NCBI GenBank assembly: GCA_002269645.1
Contig: NIVC01001060.1
Coordinates: 1-64,000 of the forward strand
Direction of reading: 5' to 3'
Length of the DNA stretch: 64,000 nucleotides
DNA from: Macrostomum lignano
Lineage: Eukaryota
The notes under the pieces are model-generated. The model saw only the letters and a program-made list of their open reading frames with translations. It searched no databases and was not told the origin of the DNA. The first letter of the stretch is position 1; each line of letters opens with the position of its first letter. The translations under genes were made by a program, and so were the position numbers. Positions 1 through 11,899 of the stretch are shown one piece after another.

Positions 1-201
1 AAAACCCTAAAGCAAAATTAACGCAACTTTAGGTAAATGCAGGAGTAACTATAACTGTCTTATTAAGCCAAAATTCCTCATCAGCTACTTAGTACTACCT
101 ACTTGGGTGTCTTTTTAGGTGGGCATTTTTGCAACTTCCTTGGTTGGCTGCCAAATCGGTCAGCCGGATTGGCCGACTCGGCCGACTGTTGCGCATGTAT
201 G
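1..201 (+). mobile_element. hAT-type MITE, 28S-fragment subfamily, truncated by window start
   Basis: Ends in TIR GTTGCGCATGTATG (188-201); near-identical to the reverse complement of ~4230-4430; 28S-like segment at ~31-93. Confidence 0.85.
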
Positions 202-2331
202 TTCTAAGTTATTATAATAAAAAAGAAATGCCTCTATTGATTAAATACCAATGTTGCTTTGCTTATTTGTTTTTTATTTTATAACAAATAAAATAGCTCT
301 AAATTCTTTGCAGAAGTAAGTTAGAGATCTATACTTTTTGATACATAAGTATTTATTAATGATATTCACTTTAAAGGTTTCAAACAAACATAGAATTATA
401 CTCAAACCTTAATTAATATATGATAGTATTGGCATAATACTTAATTGGTGAAAACTGATATTCCAATATCCTTTCTTTTTCTTTCATAGAATCCTTTCTT
501 TCTTTCTAAAGAAGAATAAATAAAGAATAAAAAAAGAATAAAGAAGAATAAAGAAGAATAAAGTTCTTTCTTTCTCCAAAATCCTTTTATCCTTTGGTTA
601 ACCAAAAAACTAGTTTGAGTCTAGTTTTTCACTTTTATATATGGTATGTCATAATCAATACAAACTATTTCTATGCAAATTTGTATCTATTCAACCATCA
701 TTTATCAATTATTAATCACGAATCACAATTTGTAGATGAAATATATATTATGAAAAGGAATAGAGCCTAATCTAATAATCATATTGATCAAATAAACAAA
801 GCAATATACAATAAATCTATTTTAATATCAAATTATCAACTGTACTACCTATTGCCATTAATAAATATGATTTTGCTATGTGGTTAGATAATAGATTTTG
901 ATTCAATATTTAAACTGACTGTCAACTAATAAGTCTGTGTTGTGTATACTAGGCCTATATATGTTATTGACAACTTCTCTAACTTGAAAGTAAATTTTCT
1001 ATTTTTTAATAAATACATTATAATATTATTTATATAGCCTTAAACAGTTAGTTTCTATTGATAATGAGACCATGAAATCAATTGAGAAAGCAAAGCATGT
1101 GTACTATTGCACTGATTTACTTTTTCTAGTTATTATTCCACTTTAGGTCTTATCCATTTGCATGGGAAAATAACTGCCAAACTTAACAAAATTTCTGGTT
1201 GAAAATGAATAGTAAATTGAATGTACCATTCATTTGGTGATAGACGAGTATACTAGAGAAAGAAGATATGATACAAACTCAATTTCAAGCATATTTTTAT
1301 GGAGCGAGCATGCTAAATGACCTTTTTTGAATGGTCTGGCAGCAAAAATCAGTAAACCAGTTTTGAAACCAGTTTTGGCCAAAACTGGGTTTTAAAACCA
1401 GTTAACTAGTTCCACAAAATTGACAGTTTTTGGCATCCCTAATCAGAATTGTGCCCAAGACTGATAAAATTAATATATGTCTCAGTCTATCTTGGCCCAA
1501 CTCAGCAACTATACTGACTATATCATTTATATGTAGCCTGTAGGTCTACTTAGGCTTTTATCCTAAGTCTGTCACCAAAATTTACCAGACGAAAAAGTGC
1601 CTTGTTACTTAATAAATATAAGTATGTAGACTAACATCAAAATATCAAATTAAAGCTAAAATGAAGCTAAGGGTTGTAATGATATGAATATAGGCTAGGC
1701 CTACCATCTTAAAATAGTTTTTAGGCAACAACATCCTTGTCATTTTAGAGCAGTTTCAAAAAGGGTGTGCCACTATTATTATACAACACGGCCAATGCTG
1801 AACGAAACGCATATTACTTGCATAAAAGAACCTTTGCCATGCCCATAAATTATAAATGAGTCAACACGACAACAGTGAAGAAGAAATTTTTTTATTCGTA
1901 AAATGAGTAAAAAAATATCATTAGAATGTAGGTATTGTTTTTTTGTAGCCAAGATTCGTCAGTTGGCCTTGCTTCGTGTTCGTGATGAATTGTTTTGAAT
2001 TATTATTCACAAAAAAAATGTTTACTGTGCGATATGTCGCGACGTTCAGCAAAAGATTTCTAAGAAAATGTTAACTTAAATTTAGTGTCTGGTTTTAGAA
2101 GAATAACAAATAGTAACTATTTAAATACAATTTACTGACTAAATGCATTCCGCAACCAAAAAACTTTTCATTACAAATAGTATTGACACATTATTAATAA
2201 AATTAACGAACGGTAGTTTAAGTTAATTAGATTTTAAGTTTTTTTTGCAGGAAAAAAAACGAATGTCTAATGACGAAATCTAATGTAATATTGTTGAGAA
2301 ATCTATGATCTAATGAGCTAGCAATATCTAG

Positions 2332-2710
2332 GGGTCTCACTAAAACACGCACCGCACCGCCCCGAACCGCTACACATTATAACATTTTTTGTCAATGCAG
2401 TATTTAATTGCAAGGAAAAATATTTGTTGTAAGAGTAATGGAATAAATATATTTAATTATTATTATACATATTATTATAATTTTTTATATTCTCGTTTTC
2501 ACTATTAAATTATTTAATTATTATTTTAATAATAATTGTTATTAATATCGCTAATTATTCACCAAATTTTATATTTCAAATAAAAAACTAAATTTAATAA
2601 AAATTTTGAAGCTTAACAGAAAACGCATTTTTTAGTGTCTTCAGTTATAGTCCAATTTGTTTTAATGTGTAGCGCTGCAGGGCGGTGCGGGGCGTGTTTT
2701 AGAGAGACCC
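2332..2710. mobile_element. MITE with ~47-bp TIRs and 8-bp TSD (superfamily uncertain)
   Basis: Left end GGGTCTCACTAAAACACGCACCGCACCGCC; right end reverse-complements to GGGTCTCTCTAAAACACGCCCCGCACCGCC; exact TSD ATATCTAG at 2324-2331 and 2711-2718; AT-rich interior. Confidence 0.9.
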
Positions 2711-3226
2711 ATATCTAGCGGCGTACCGTAAGCCGTAGCCCGTAGCCTCTAATAACTTAATAAGCTACTTTGGCGTTAAGTAGGTCTAACTAATTTTATG
2801 TAAGCTAAGGCATTGTCATTGACTCATTGTGTTTGTTTCTTAATCTTAGTTACAAAAAAATTACAATGCCCCAATGCCAATTGTCAATGTTTTACTTAAT
2901 GTAATTTTTTGTAATAAGTAAAATATTTTTAGGTCCGAAATCCTATTGGCCTAATTTCATTTATTTTTTAGTTCTAGGCTTATTTAGAGGGTTTTACTAT
3001 AGATAGAACTTCTATCATAGAACTATCATAGAAGTTGCTTAAGTTATATGCAGGTAGGGACTTTAGTCTCAATGAGTGAGTGTCAAGTGAGGGTCTTGTG
3101 ACTTGACAATATCATGGATGATGAATTTAATTTTAAAGAACAAATTCAAACAAAAAGTTGCTTAGTTGCCTAGGTCTAGCAAAGCAGATTGCAAGATATA
3201 CACATTTAGGGCTTAGGTGATTATAG

Positions 3227-3796
3227 TAGAGGTTGGATGGGATTGAAATCTTCGGGCAGGATCGGGATTGGGAATAATTTTTTTCTCAGGATTGGGATCA
3301 GGTCTTTTAGTGTATTGTAGCTTGTAGGTCCATATAAAGTTAAATAAAATTGAGCTAAAAATATCAAGATCAAAAAGTAAAATACAACAAAATTGATGGT
3401 TGATGCAAAGTTTTGTAACCAACAAATTAATAATGTAATGAGTACAAGGTAAAACAAAATACATTCAAGTAATCACTAATTCTATAAATTTTTAGTCAAA
3501 AGACCTGTTCCCGTTTCTCGTGTTTTTTAGGGTTAGGATTCTAGTCCTACAGGAATCCAATCATGCTTGGGCGCAACCTTGGGATTCACCCGGCCGTTTC
3601 TATTGGCAACACACGCATGTAAGTCGCTTTTGGCTGAGAGCAGTCACGTGACTACTGTTCTGTCCAATAGCGATTTACATGTGTGTGTTGCCAATAGAAA
3701 TGGCCGGGTGAATCCCAAAGTTGCGCATGTATGAATCCAATTTTCCTTGGGATCCCGAGATTTTAAGATCAGGATCGGGATCCCATCTAACCTCTA
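3227..3796. mobile_element. hAT-like non-autonomous element hosting a nested MITE
   Basis: 17-bp TIR TAGAGGTT(G/A)GATGGGAT at both ends; repeated subterminal GATCGGGAT/GATCCCGA motifs; TSD degenerate (5/8). Confidence 0.65.
3562..3733. mobile_element. Fold-back (near-palindromic) hAT-type MITE
   Basis: ~65-bp inverted arms; right TIR GTTGCGCATGTATG; exact 8-bp TSD AATCCAAT at 3554-3561 and 3734-3741. Confidence 0.9.
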
Positions 3797-4229
3797 CATT
3801 TTATAAGTTTTTTTATAGAATATCTTAAATAAAGATAAGTAAAAATCATTTTAAGGTTCCTAGGCCTACTAAGACTCAAACTTTTTATTTAGAGTTCTAA
3901 GTTCTGTAACTTATATAATATAGCTTAGGCAGTTATAGCCATAGTCCTGATCATGCTAGATGCAGTGCATACCTAAGCAAAAATTAAATAATTATATATG
4001 CACACCAAAAAATTGAGTGCATATCCATTCCCAAAACTGTATGCGACTATATGCAACAATAAATGACCTTTGTATATTTTGTAAATATAAATAAAACTTC
4101 CTTGGGCGATTGTGCAGTTTCCTGCTCTAAATTATTTTCACCCTTTTTTCGAACTTTTTAGATATTAAACAAGTGTAACAATGCAAGTTCAAAGCAAGTT
4201 CAAGTTCACGTCCGCACATTTGCACTACA

Positions 4230-4528
4230 CATACATGCGCAACAGTCGGCCGAGTCGGCCGATCCGGCCGACCGATCTGGCGGCCAACCAAGGAAGTCGC
4301 AAAAATGCCCACCTGAAAAAATAACCAAGTAGTAGTACTAAGTAGCTGACGAGGCATTTTGGCTTAATAAGACAGTCATAGTTACTCCTGCCGTTTACCC
4401 AAAGTTGCGTTAATTTTGCTTTAGGGTTTTTTTTACATGTAAGTCGCATTTTTGGCCAAAAACTACGTCGCATTTTTGTTGAAACTAAGTCGCATGGCCG
4501 ACCAAATTTCGGAGGTTGCTCATGTATG
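4230..4528 (-). mobile_element. hAT-type MITE carrying a 28S rRNA fragment
   Basis: 14-bp TIRs CATACATGCGCAAC / GTTGCTCATGTATG (1 mismatch); exact 8-bp TSD GCACTACA at 4222-4229 and 4529-4536. Confidence 0.9.
4337..4400 (-). other. 28S rRNA-derived fragment (R2/I-PpoI target region) inside MITE
   Basis: Minus strand GGGTAAACGGCAGGAGTAACTATGACTGTCTTATTAAGCCAAAATGCCTCGTCAGCTACTTAGT; 53/64 ungapped identity by hand to the conserved eukaryotic LSU motif GGGTAAACGGCGGGAGTAACTATGACTCTCTTAAGGTAGCCAAATGCCTCGTCATCTAATTAGT. Confidence 0.85.
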
Positions 4529-4555
4529 GCACTACACAGGGTAGTAGTGCATTAT

Positions 4556-4771
4556 CTAGTAGAGGATATTGCCAATAGGAATGTCGCACGCTTCACACAA
4601 CCTAGTATTAGCAAGCAGATAGTGCTGCGCCATCCACAGCATGGCTTCGTCCACATCTGGGACCAGCGCAACCAGTCCTTGATGGGTAACATCTAGGTTG
4701 CAGAGCACGATGCTGTTCATAACTTTGCCCACCGGAACAATGAACCGCAATGCTGGAGGTCAGCTAGCCAT
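4556..4771 (-). pseudogene. Merlin/ISXO2-like transposase N-terminal remnant
   Basis: ATG at 4771, in-frame TGA at codon 4, then ...DEAMLWMAQHYLLANTRLCEACDIP, resembling the AI.WL...GLL.....CxxC N-terminal Zn-ribbon motif; lies just inside a TIR. Confidence 0.5.
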
Positions 4772-5475
4772 ACTAGCAGTAGTTGAAAAGTTCAAAAAAA
4801 GGTGAAAATAATTTAGAGCGGGAAACTGCACGATCGCCGTTCTTTGAATTGCATAAATGAACCTTTTGGCAGATAATTTGATTGATTTTTATGCTTTTTT
4901 AGCAATACTATTTGTAGTCAAAATCATACATGCCCAACCTCAAAATTTCACCTGTCTAGTGCAACTTACTTTTGTCCAGATTTGTGACTTAGTTTCTCCC
5001 AATTGTGACTTAATTTTCACTTTTTTATATGACTTTTCTTGTCTTTTTCTCTTTCCTTTTTCTTTCTTCTCCCTCTTTTCTTTTCTTTTCTCTTCTTTTC
5101 CTTTCTTTTTTCTCCCAATTTTTTGTTTTTCACGTTTTTGATTTTGCAACTTACCTTGGCCAGTGGCCATCTCATCTGTCTAGTCTAGACAGGTTGGATA
5201 GGTGTTGGGCATGTATATAGAAAATTTATACTTTGCAAAGATTTATTTAAATGCCTTATTATAAGCTTAAAAAACCTGGAAAGCTTTAAATTTACACTTA
5301 AAAAAAAACTTTTTTCATGTTTTTTTACTTAACACTAACTTTTCCATGCAATTCAATAAAGTATATGCCAAGTTTGCATGCACATTATTTTCTTAGGCCT
5401 AGGAGTAATGCACACCAACTGTGTATGCCTAGGCCTACTTTTGGCATGCAAAGCTAATGCATGCCCAAATTTTTG

Positions 5476-6156
5476 GGATCCATGAGAATTGCCCACCAAG
5501 ATTTGCTTGCAAGAGATTTGCCTGTCAAGATTTGCTTGCTAAGCTTTTCCTTCCAAGATTTGCCTACAGTGCATTTTGCCTATGAGCAAATTGCCTGCCA
5601 AGATTTGCCTGCAGTGCATTTTGCCCACTAGTGAATTGCCCATGAATAAATTGCTTGCCAAGTTTTTTCCTACTAAGGTTTGCCTGCAATGCTTTTTTCT
5701 TGCAGCGCATTTGACAGCTAGATTCTGTCTGTAATGCCCCCTCCCAAAAATTATGCATTTGATATGCAGTTACTATCAAAACATTTGATTGGGATTATCT
5801 CTTTATTTAGACTTATAAAGCATTGGAGAGGCAATGCAGACAAAATCTGCCATGTGGCTATAAATTTGGTACAGGAAAAAATCTTTGCAGGCAAACCTTG
5901 GCAGGAAAAACTCGATGGGCAACTCGCTTGCAAGCCATTCACTTACGGGCAAAATGCTTTGCAGGCAGATCTTAGTAGGGAATTCTCAGTTGGGCAAATC
6001 TCCATGGGCAATTTGCTCATGGACAAAATGCACTGCAGGCAAATCTTGGCAGGACAAGCTCAGTAGGCAAATCCTCAGCAGGCAAAATTGCCCATAAAGA
6101 GATTATTAGGGCAAATCTCCTATGGGCAATTTGTCTGTGGGCATTTCTTGTGCTCC
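5476..6156. mobile_element. Decayed fold-back element with ~20-bp subterminal repeats
   Basis: Left arm repeats (AATTGCC/TTTGCCTGC) mirror right arm repeats (GCAGGCAAA/GGGCAA); imperfect termini GGATCCATGAGAATTGCCCAC vs reverse complement GGAGCACAAGAAATGCCCAC. Confidence 0.5.
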
Positions 6157-6295
6157 TGAATTTTGGGCATATACTCATACTACATGATCTAGAGTGTGGG
6201 GCTATAGGCTATAAACTTTTGTAGTAGATAAAATTCATATTGCAGCCAAGGTCTAAACTATGCTAGATGTCTTTCTTAAATTAGACCATACTAAT

Positions 6296-6577
6296 CATAC
6301 ATGTGCAACCCCCCCCCCCCTGATTTACACTAGTCATGCAACATACTTTTTGACCAAATATGCAACTTACCTATGTAAGAAACCCTAAACCAAATTAACC
6401 CAATTTTGGGTAAATGGCAGGAGTAACTATGACTGTCCTATTTAGGCTAAATGCCTCATCATCTAATTAGTACAATGTCTATATTCTTTTGGATGGGAAT
6501 TTTTGCAACTTAACCCTGGTCCACCACAATTTACAATGGCCAGATCAGCCAGGTCAGCTAGCAGTTGCACATGTATG
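6296..6577 (+). mobile_element. hAT-type MITE carrying a 28S rRNA fragment (diverged copy)
   Basis: Perfect 14-bp TIR CATACATGTGCAAC / GTTGCACATGTATG; exact 8-bp TSD ATACTAAT at 6288-6295 and 6578-6585. Confidence 0.9.
6408..6471 (+). other. 28S rRNA-derived fragment inside MITE
   Basis: GGGTAAATGGCAGGAGTAACTATGACTGTCCTATTTAGGCTAAATGCCTCATCATCTAATTAGT; 53/64 by hand to the same LSU motif. Confidence 0.85.
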
Positions 6578-8396
6578 ATACTAATACAAGTCCTCAAGAT
6601 CAAAGATTAGTAAGCATCTATCTTTATATTGGAATAAATTTTCAAAGTCTATAAAAGTGCATTAAGCGTCACACACTTTGTGTACAAAATATGACATCAA
6701 GGAAGCAAATAGGTAAATAGCAAGAGTAACTATGACTAAGTTGCCTTGTTAGCTAGGCCCTAATAATAAGTAGTCCTAGTTAATTTATATAAGCTATTTG
6801 TCTAGTTTTATTAACTAAACTATAAGAAACTTGCTTAAGCTGTCTACCTTATTATTTTATAAGTTTTATTAATTTAGCTAATAAGCTATTTACTATTTTT
6901 CATTTAGTAGAAATTTGTAAAAAAAGTAAAGCTTTGTATGCCTCTTTATCTTGACGTGCAGCTATTATTAAAGTATTTTCAAGCTAAAACTAACTAATTA
7001 GTAGCTTTTTAATATTGTGTAAATAATAAAAGCCTTAAAAAATCTGGCATAGCCAGAGGGATAGCACGAATGAACTATTCTTCAGCATATTATCACTTCT
7101 GCATGCTATCTTTTAAGTGTGTGTTATCCTTCTAGTGTGCTAGCCCTTTTGGCATGCTGCTTTCTCAGCCCTTCTAGCATGCTACCCATTAGCCTCTCTG
7201 ATGCATAAGTGTGCCAACACTTTTCAAAGCATGCTATATAGCTATCTATGAAGATTTCACTTTTTCTAATAGGGACTTCTATCTTTGTATGTATCCTGTT
7301 TTTTGTGCCCTTGCCCTCAGTGTTCCCACTTTGGTGCTACAAATTCGTGCCATGCCAGAAAATAAAGCAATATGGTGCAAATACCTAATTAATAAGATTT
7401 GGTACAAATCTGAAAATATGGAAAATTCACACCTAAATTGTAACCCTTTTTCTGTGTTTTTGGATGCTTTTTGTATGCTTTTCACATTAGGCCTTGTTTG
7501 TAACAAATAGACCACTTTTTATGTACCAATAGAATAACAAAGCCAACCTTGATGGTGTCGGAAAGAAACTATTATGTTTTATAATTGCAGTATTGATTTA
7601 GAGAAATTAATAGTCTGATGCCCATGCTGTTGTTGCCATTTTTTTGACCCATTTTTGCCAAGTTGTAGTGTTTTATCTTATCCAAAATTGAATGATTTAT
7701 GATTGAGATCCTTAGGTGTTAAGTATTAGAGTTTTTTTATATTTCAATGGGCATCACACTGCATTAAAGCCTTAGAGATAAAGAGTGATAATGGCACGAA
7801 AAAAAATCCATGGCACAAAAAAGAATGGCTTAGCATGAAAAAAATGAAGATTGCTGAGTAGGAATACTGCTTGCCCTATACCATTGCTATGTGCTATGCT
7901 ACCATCCTATGCATTGCACAATTGCTATACACAATGCCAACTACTGCACAAATGTGCCATTTTTAAGCGCATTACTTTACCTTATTTCCAATCTGCAATT
8001 AAAATTGTAATAATGTCTGTTGGCTATAATAGGAGATAAAATTACCAAATTGGTGAACAAAATGACTTTCCATTAATATTAGTAAAACAAAAAAGGCAAT
8101 AGAAAAAATGTAGTAAGCAACAAAATCATCAACCAACCTTGATCCCAGGCATATAGTTGATTAGTTGCATAGGGTCATAAGAATATATTTTCAATGTTTA
8201 GTTTATTTAGTTTATTTGGTATTTGAATGGTAAAGATGGAGCTAATGTGCACTTTGAATTTGACAATTTCTTATTTGAGGAATTTTAAACATGTCCAAGT
8301 ATATCCAAGTATGTGCATGCCAATTTATTTTGTTGTCTACCTAGGATGTGCATGCAATCCCCTTTTTTCTAATAAAACCATAAAAAGCCTTGCAAA

Positions 8397-8590
8397 GATG
8401 CTAAAGAATTGTGAAGAATTTGTGAAGAATTGCAAAGATGCTGAAGAACTTGTGAAGAATTGCAAAGATGCTAAAGAATTGTGAAGAATTTGTGAAGAAT
8501 TGCAAAGATGCTGAAGAATTTGTGAAGAATTGCAAAGATGCTAAAGAATTGTGAAGAATTTGTGAAGAATTGCAAAGATACTAAAGCTCA
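8397..8590. repeat. Short tandem repeat (AAGAATT(T)GTG / GCAAAGATGCT units)
   Basis: Visible compound periodicity. Confidence 0.8.
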
Positions 8591-9320
8591 TAGCCATGGT
8601 TATTAATTCTAGGGAATTTCTAAAAATTTTAGGCATATAAGTAAATTTTTGCTTAGTTTTTAAATTGATAACAAGGGGGACTTAGTGCAATCTTAAAGCT
8701 ATTAGGGAAATTAGTAAAATGCAATGGCTCTTGGAAAGAATTACAAGGATGTCAAGGCTTATTGGGTAATTTCTAAAATGCTTTGGCTTTTAAAAGAACC
8801 TGCTAATATGTCAATGCTTATTGTGGAATTGAGGCTCATTAGGGAGTTGCTAAAATGCTAAAGCTCAAGGCTAATACTGTAATAGCAAAATGAATCATTA
8901 AGATGCTACAACCTACTCATAGTGCTATATAAAATTAGGGTTAGGATTCAACAATATAAAAAATTTCCTTTGTCAACTATAAAGTGCTCATGGGATAATT
9001 ACTGAGATGCCAATGATTTACATAATAATTTTTTGAAATTTCAAGGCTTATTGGGGAAATTGCACAATATTAGGGCTTACAAGAAGATAGATATCAAAGC
9101 GCATAGAAGAGTTATTAAGATGTCAAGGCTCTTAGGTGTTGCTAAATTGCTAAATTACTTATTGAATCTGTCTCTATTAGAAAGTTTTCCAATATTGCTT
9201 TTATAATAGTTCTAGGTTAGGCTTAATTTTTGATATAATTCAGTTTCTAGATATAGCCTGATAAAAAAAATGATAAAGTTATTAACAAATTTTGTTATAA
9301 TGTATCCCTTGTAATGTTTT

Positions 9321-9323
9321 CAG
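9321..9323 (+). promoter_or_regulatory. Candidate trans-splice (or 5'UTR) acceptor of EIPR1
   Basis: TTTTCAG|TGTC 26 nt before the ATG; the same TTTTCAG|TGTC precedes VPS26C. Confidence 0.5.
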
Positions 9324-9349
9324 TGTCTATCATTAAATCAGAAATCAAG

Positions 9350-11812
9350 ATGGACATTGATGATCCACCAGTAATCTATGGCCTAGAGACCCAGGCCAGA
9401 GCCCTGTGCTCAGTGCCAGCCTTAGATGACAGCCAGCAGTTTATTATTGGCACTCAAGGCCTTCGAGTTGAGCACAATCAGCTGCATTTATTGACATTTG
9501 ATGCCGACTCCAATAGTGTTAGCAAAAGAATATTTGATCATGGCCGAGATGAGATCTGGTCTGTGTCTGTGGCGCCGCATAACCCCAATCTGTGTGCTAC
9601 TGTTTTTAACAGGTTAGTAGGGTTTTGTTTAATTTTGGTGCTGTTTCAATCTATTTAGCACTATTTGTATCTATTTGGCGCTATTTCCAACCATTTGGTT
9701 CCATTAGAGTCTATTTGGCGCCATTAGAATCCATTTGGCGCCAGTAGGGTCAATTTGGCGCCATTCGAATCCGTTTGGCGCCATTCGAATCCGTTTGGCG
9801 CCATTTGAATCCGTTTGGCGTCATTTAGATATATTTGGCGTCATTATATTTCATTTGGCGCCATTTTCGGATCCATTTGGCGCCATTCGAATCCATTTGG
9901 CGTCATTAGAGTCTATTTGGCGCCATTAGAATCTATTTGGCGCCATTCGAATCAATTTGGCGCCATTCGAATCCATTTGGCGCCATTTGAACTCACTCAA
10001 GTTATTAAATATGACGCAATTGAGATTTTCCTAGCGTCATTTAGACAATTAGATTTAATTGGCATCATTGCGTAGACTTATCAGGCGTCATTAAGTTTAA
10101 TTTTAGGCTCACAGAAAGGTGACTAATAATAAATTATTCAAATTTACCACTTCATTAATTTAGGGTAACCATGGACTCGGGCACGAATCCAAGCGTTGCT
10201 AAGCGCTGGTGCCTATGGAAACTGCCAGAAGAAGAAGACAACCAGACGCCTCGGCATCGAAATAGCTCAGAGGACGCTCTAACCTCGTCTTCATTGTCCT
10301 CAGTTGAATCTCTGCAATCGATTGGTTCTATTGAACTCGAGCAGCAGGGTGAGCCGCGCTGTTTAGCGTTTCATCCGGAAAGAGCGGAAGCCGTGCTGGT
10401 ATCTGACGGCGGGCTGTATCAGCTGGGCCTCGGCAGCGGTGCGGTCCGTCTGTTGGCTCACCTGCCAGCTAAAGACGGTCGATCTCAACTGCGGTACTGG
10501 CATGCGGCTTGGAACCCTCATCATTCTGCTCAGCAGGTGATCGCCGCCTGCGATTCTGGCGGATTAAGAGGCTTCGATGTTCGCTGCCCGCCTAGCGACG
10601 GCCCGGTTGTTGTCATTGACAACGCGCATAATGGACAGGTAAACAGATTGGCATTAGAAATGGCCTTTAAACCTACCCAAGAACCATCTTTGAAACTCAT
10701 GATAGGTCGTCTCAGAAACCTACCCTAAATCACCCCCTAGAAACCTACCCTAAATCACCCTCTAGAAACCTACCCTAAATCACCCCTTAGAAACCTACCC
10801 TAAATCACCCTCTAGAAACCTACCCTAAATCAACCCTAGAAACCTACCCTAAATCACTCCCTAGAAACCTACCCTAAATCACTCCCTAGAAACCTACCCT
10901 AAATCACTCCCTAGTAACCTACCCTAAATCACTCCCTAGTAACCTACCCTAAATCACTCCCTAGTAACCTACCCTAAATCACCCCTAGAAACCTACCCTA
11001 AATCACCCCTAGAAACCTACCCTAAATCACCCCTAGAAACCTAACCTAAATCACCCCTAGAAACCTACCCTAAATCACCCCTAGAAACCTAACCTAAATC
11101 ACTCCCTAAAACCTACCCTAAATCACCCCTAGAAACCTAACCTAAATCACTCCCTAAAACCTACCCTAAATCACCCCTAGAAACCTAACCTAAATCACTC
11201 CCTAAAACCTACCCTAAATCACCCCTAGAAACCTACCCTAAATCACCCCCTAGAAACCTAGCCTAAATCACTCCCTAAAATCTACCCTAAATCACTCCCT
11301 GAAACCCAGCTAAGTAAGCGCCTAAACCTACCCACCACAAGGCTCGGTGCGTGGACTACAACCCGAACAAGCAATACTATTTAGCCAGCTCCGGAGATGA
11401 TGGTGCAATCAGATTCTGGGACACCCGACAACCATCCAATCCTGTGAAGATGCTTCGCCTACACAAGCACTGGGCCTGTTGCGTCCAATTCAACCCCTAC
11501 CATGATCAATTGGTACTGTCTGGCGGTACTGACGCTAAAGTTTATCTAACTAATAATCGTAGCATCTCGTCCGAACCGGTACTGTCTCTAGACGACGATC
11601 TAGACGATGATGACGATGACGACGATAGACGACAGCAGCAGCCAGAGCTAGACGAGGATCGCACTGTGTCAGTTGTTGAAGAACACGAGGATAGCGTCTA
11701 TGCCGCTGTGTGGTGCGCAACGGATCCTTGGCTATTCGCGTCCTTGAGCTACGATGGTCGCCTAGTGATTAGTCACGTGCCTAAAAGCGAGAAGTATCGC
11801 ATTTTGTTGTGA
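9350..11812 (+). CDS. EIPR1: EARP/GARP-interacting WD40 protein (TSSC1/EIPR1), 3 exons, ~402 aa
   Basis: Exons 9350-9612, 10164-10638, 11342-11812 join in frame at GT/AG sites; motifs MDIDDPPVIYGLETQARAL, DYNPNKQYYLASSGDDG, EEHEDSVYAAVW, LSYDGRLVISHVPKSEKYRILL match the EIPR1 family. Confidence 0.95.
9665..9995. repeat. 20-bp minisatellite (GAATCCATTTGGCGCCATTC)n, EIPR1 intron 1
   Basis: Visible periodicity. Confidence 0.9.
10715..11300. repeat. 24-26-bp minisatellite (AGAAACCTACCCTAAATCACCCCT)n, EIPR1 intron 2
   Basis: Visible periodicity; fills most of the intron. Confidence 0.95.
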
Positions 11813-11899
11813 TTAATTTTGCTTTTGTTTTCATTTCTATTTGCAATTTTGGCGCTTCCCTGACACGTTTTGGTCCCATCTGACACCTTCCGTTTGACG

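Larger units (their letters stand above)
4105..4838 (-). mobile_element. Internally deleted Merlin-like DNA transposon
   Basis: ~53-bp TIRs beginning GGCGAT(T/C)GTGCAG, fitting the Merlin GGNRM terminal consensus; 8-bp flanks CTTCCTTG / GTTCTTTG (6/8); contains a transposase-like 5' remnant. Confidence 0.7.

Noticed and set aside
560-1442. hAT element ending in TIR-like GGCATCCCTA at ~1432-1441
   Set aside because: No matching left TIR or TSD found
4337-6471. Functional rRNA gene or rDNA unit
   Set aside because: Only ~64-nt diverged fragments, bounded by MITE TIRs
3213-8484. Short hydrophobic or Lys-rich ORFs in the AT-rich 5' region
   Set aside because: They lie in TE relics or low-complexity DNA; no recognisable domains apart from the Merlin remnant
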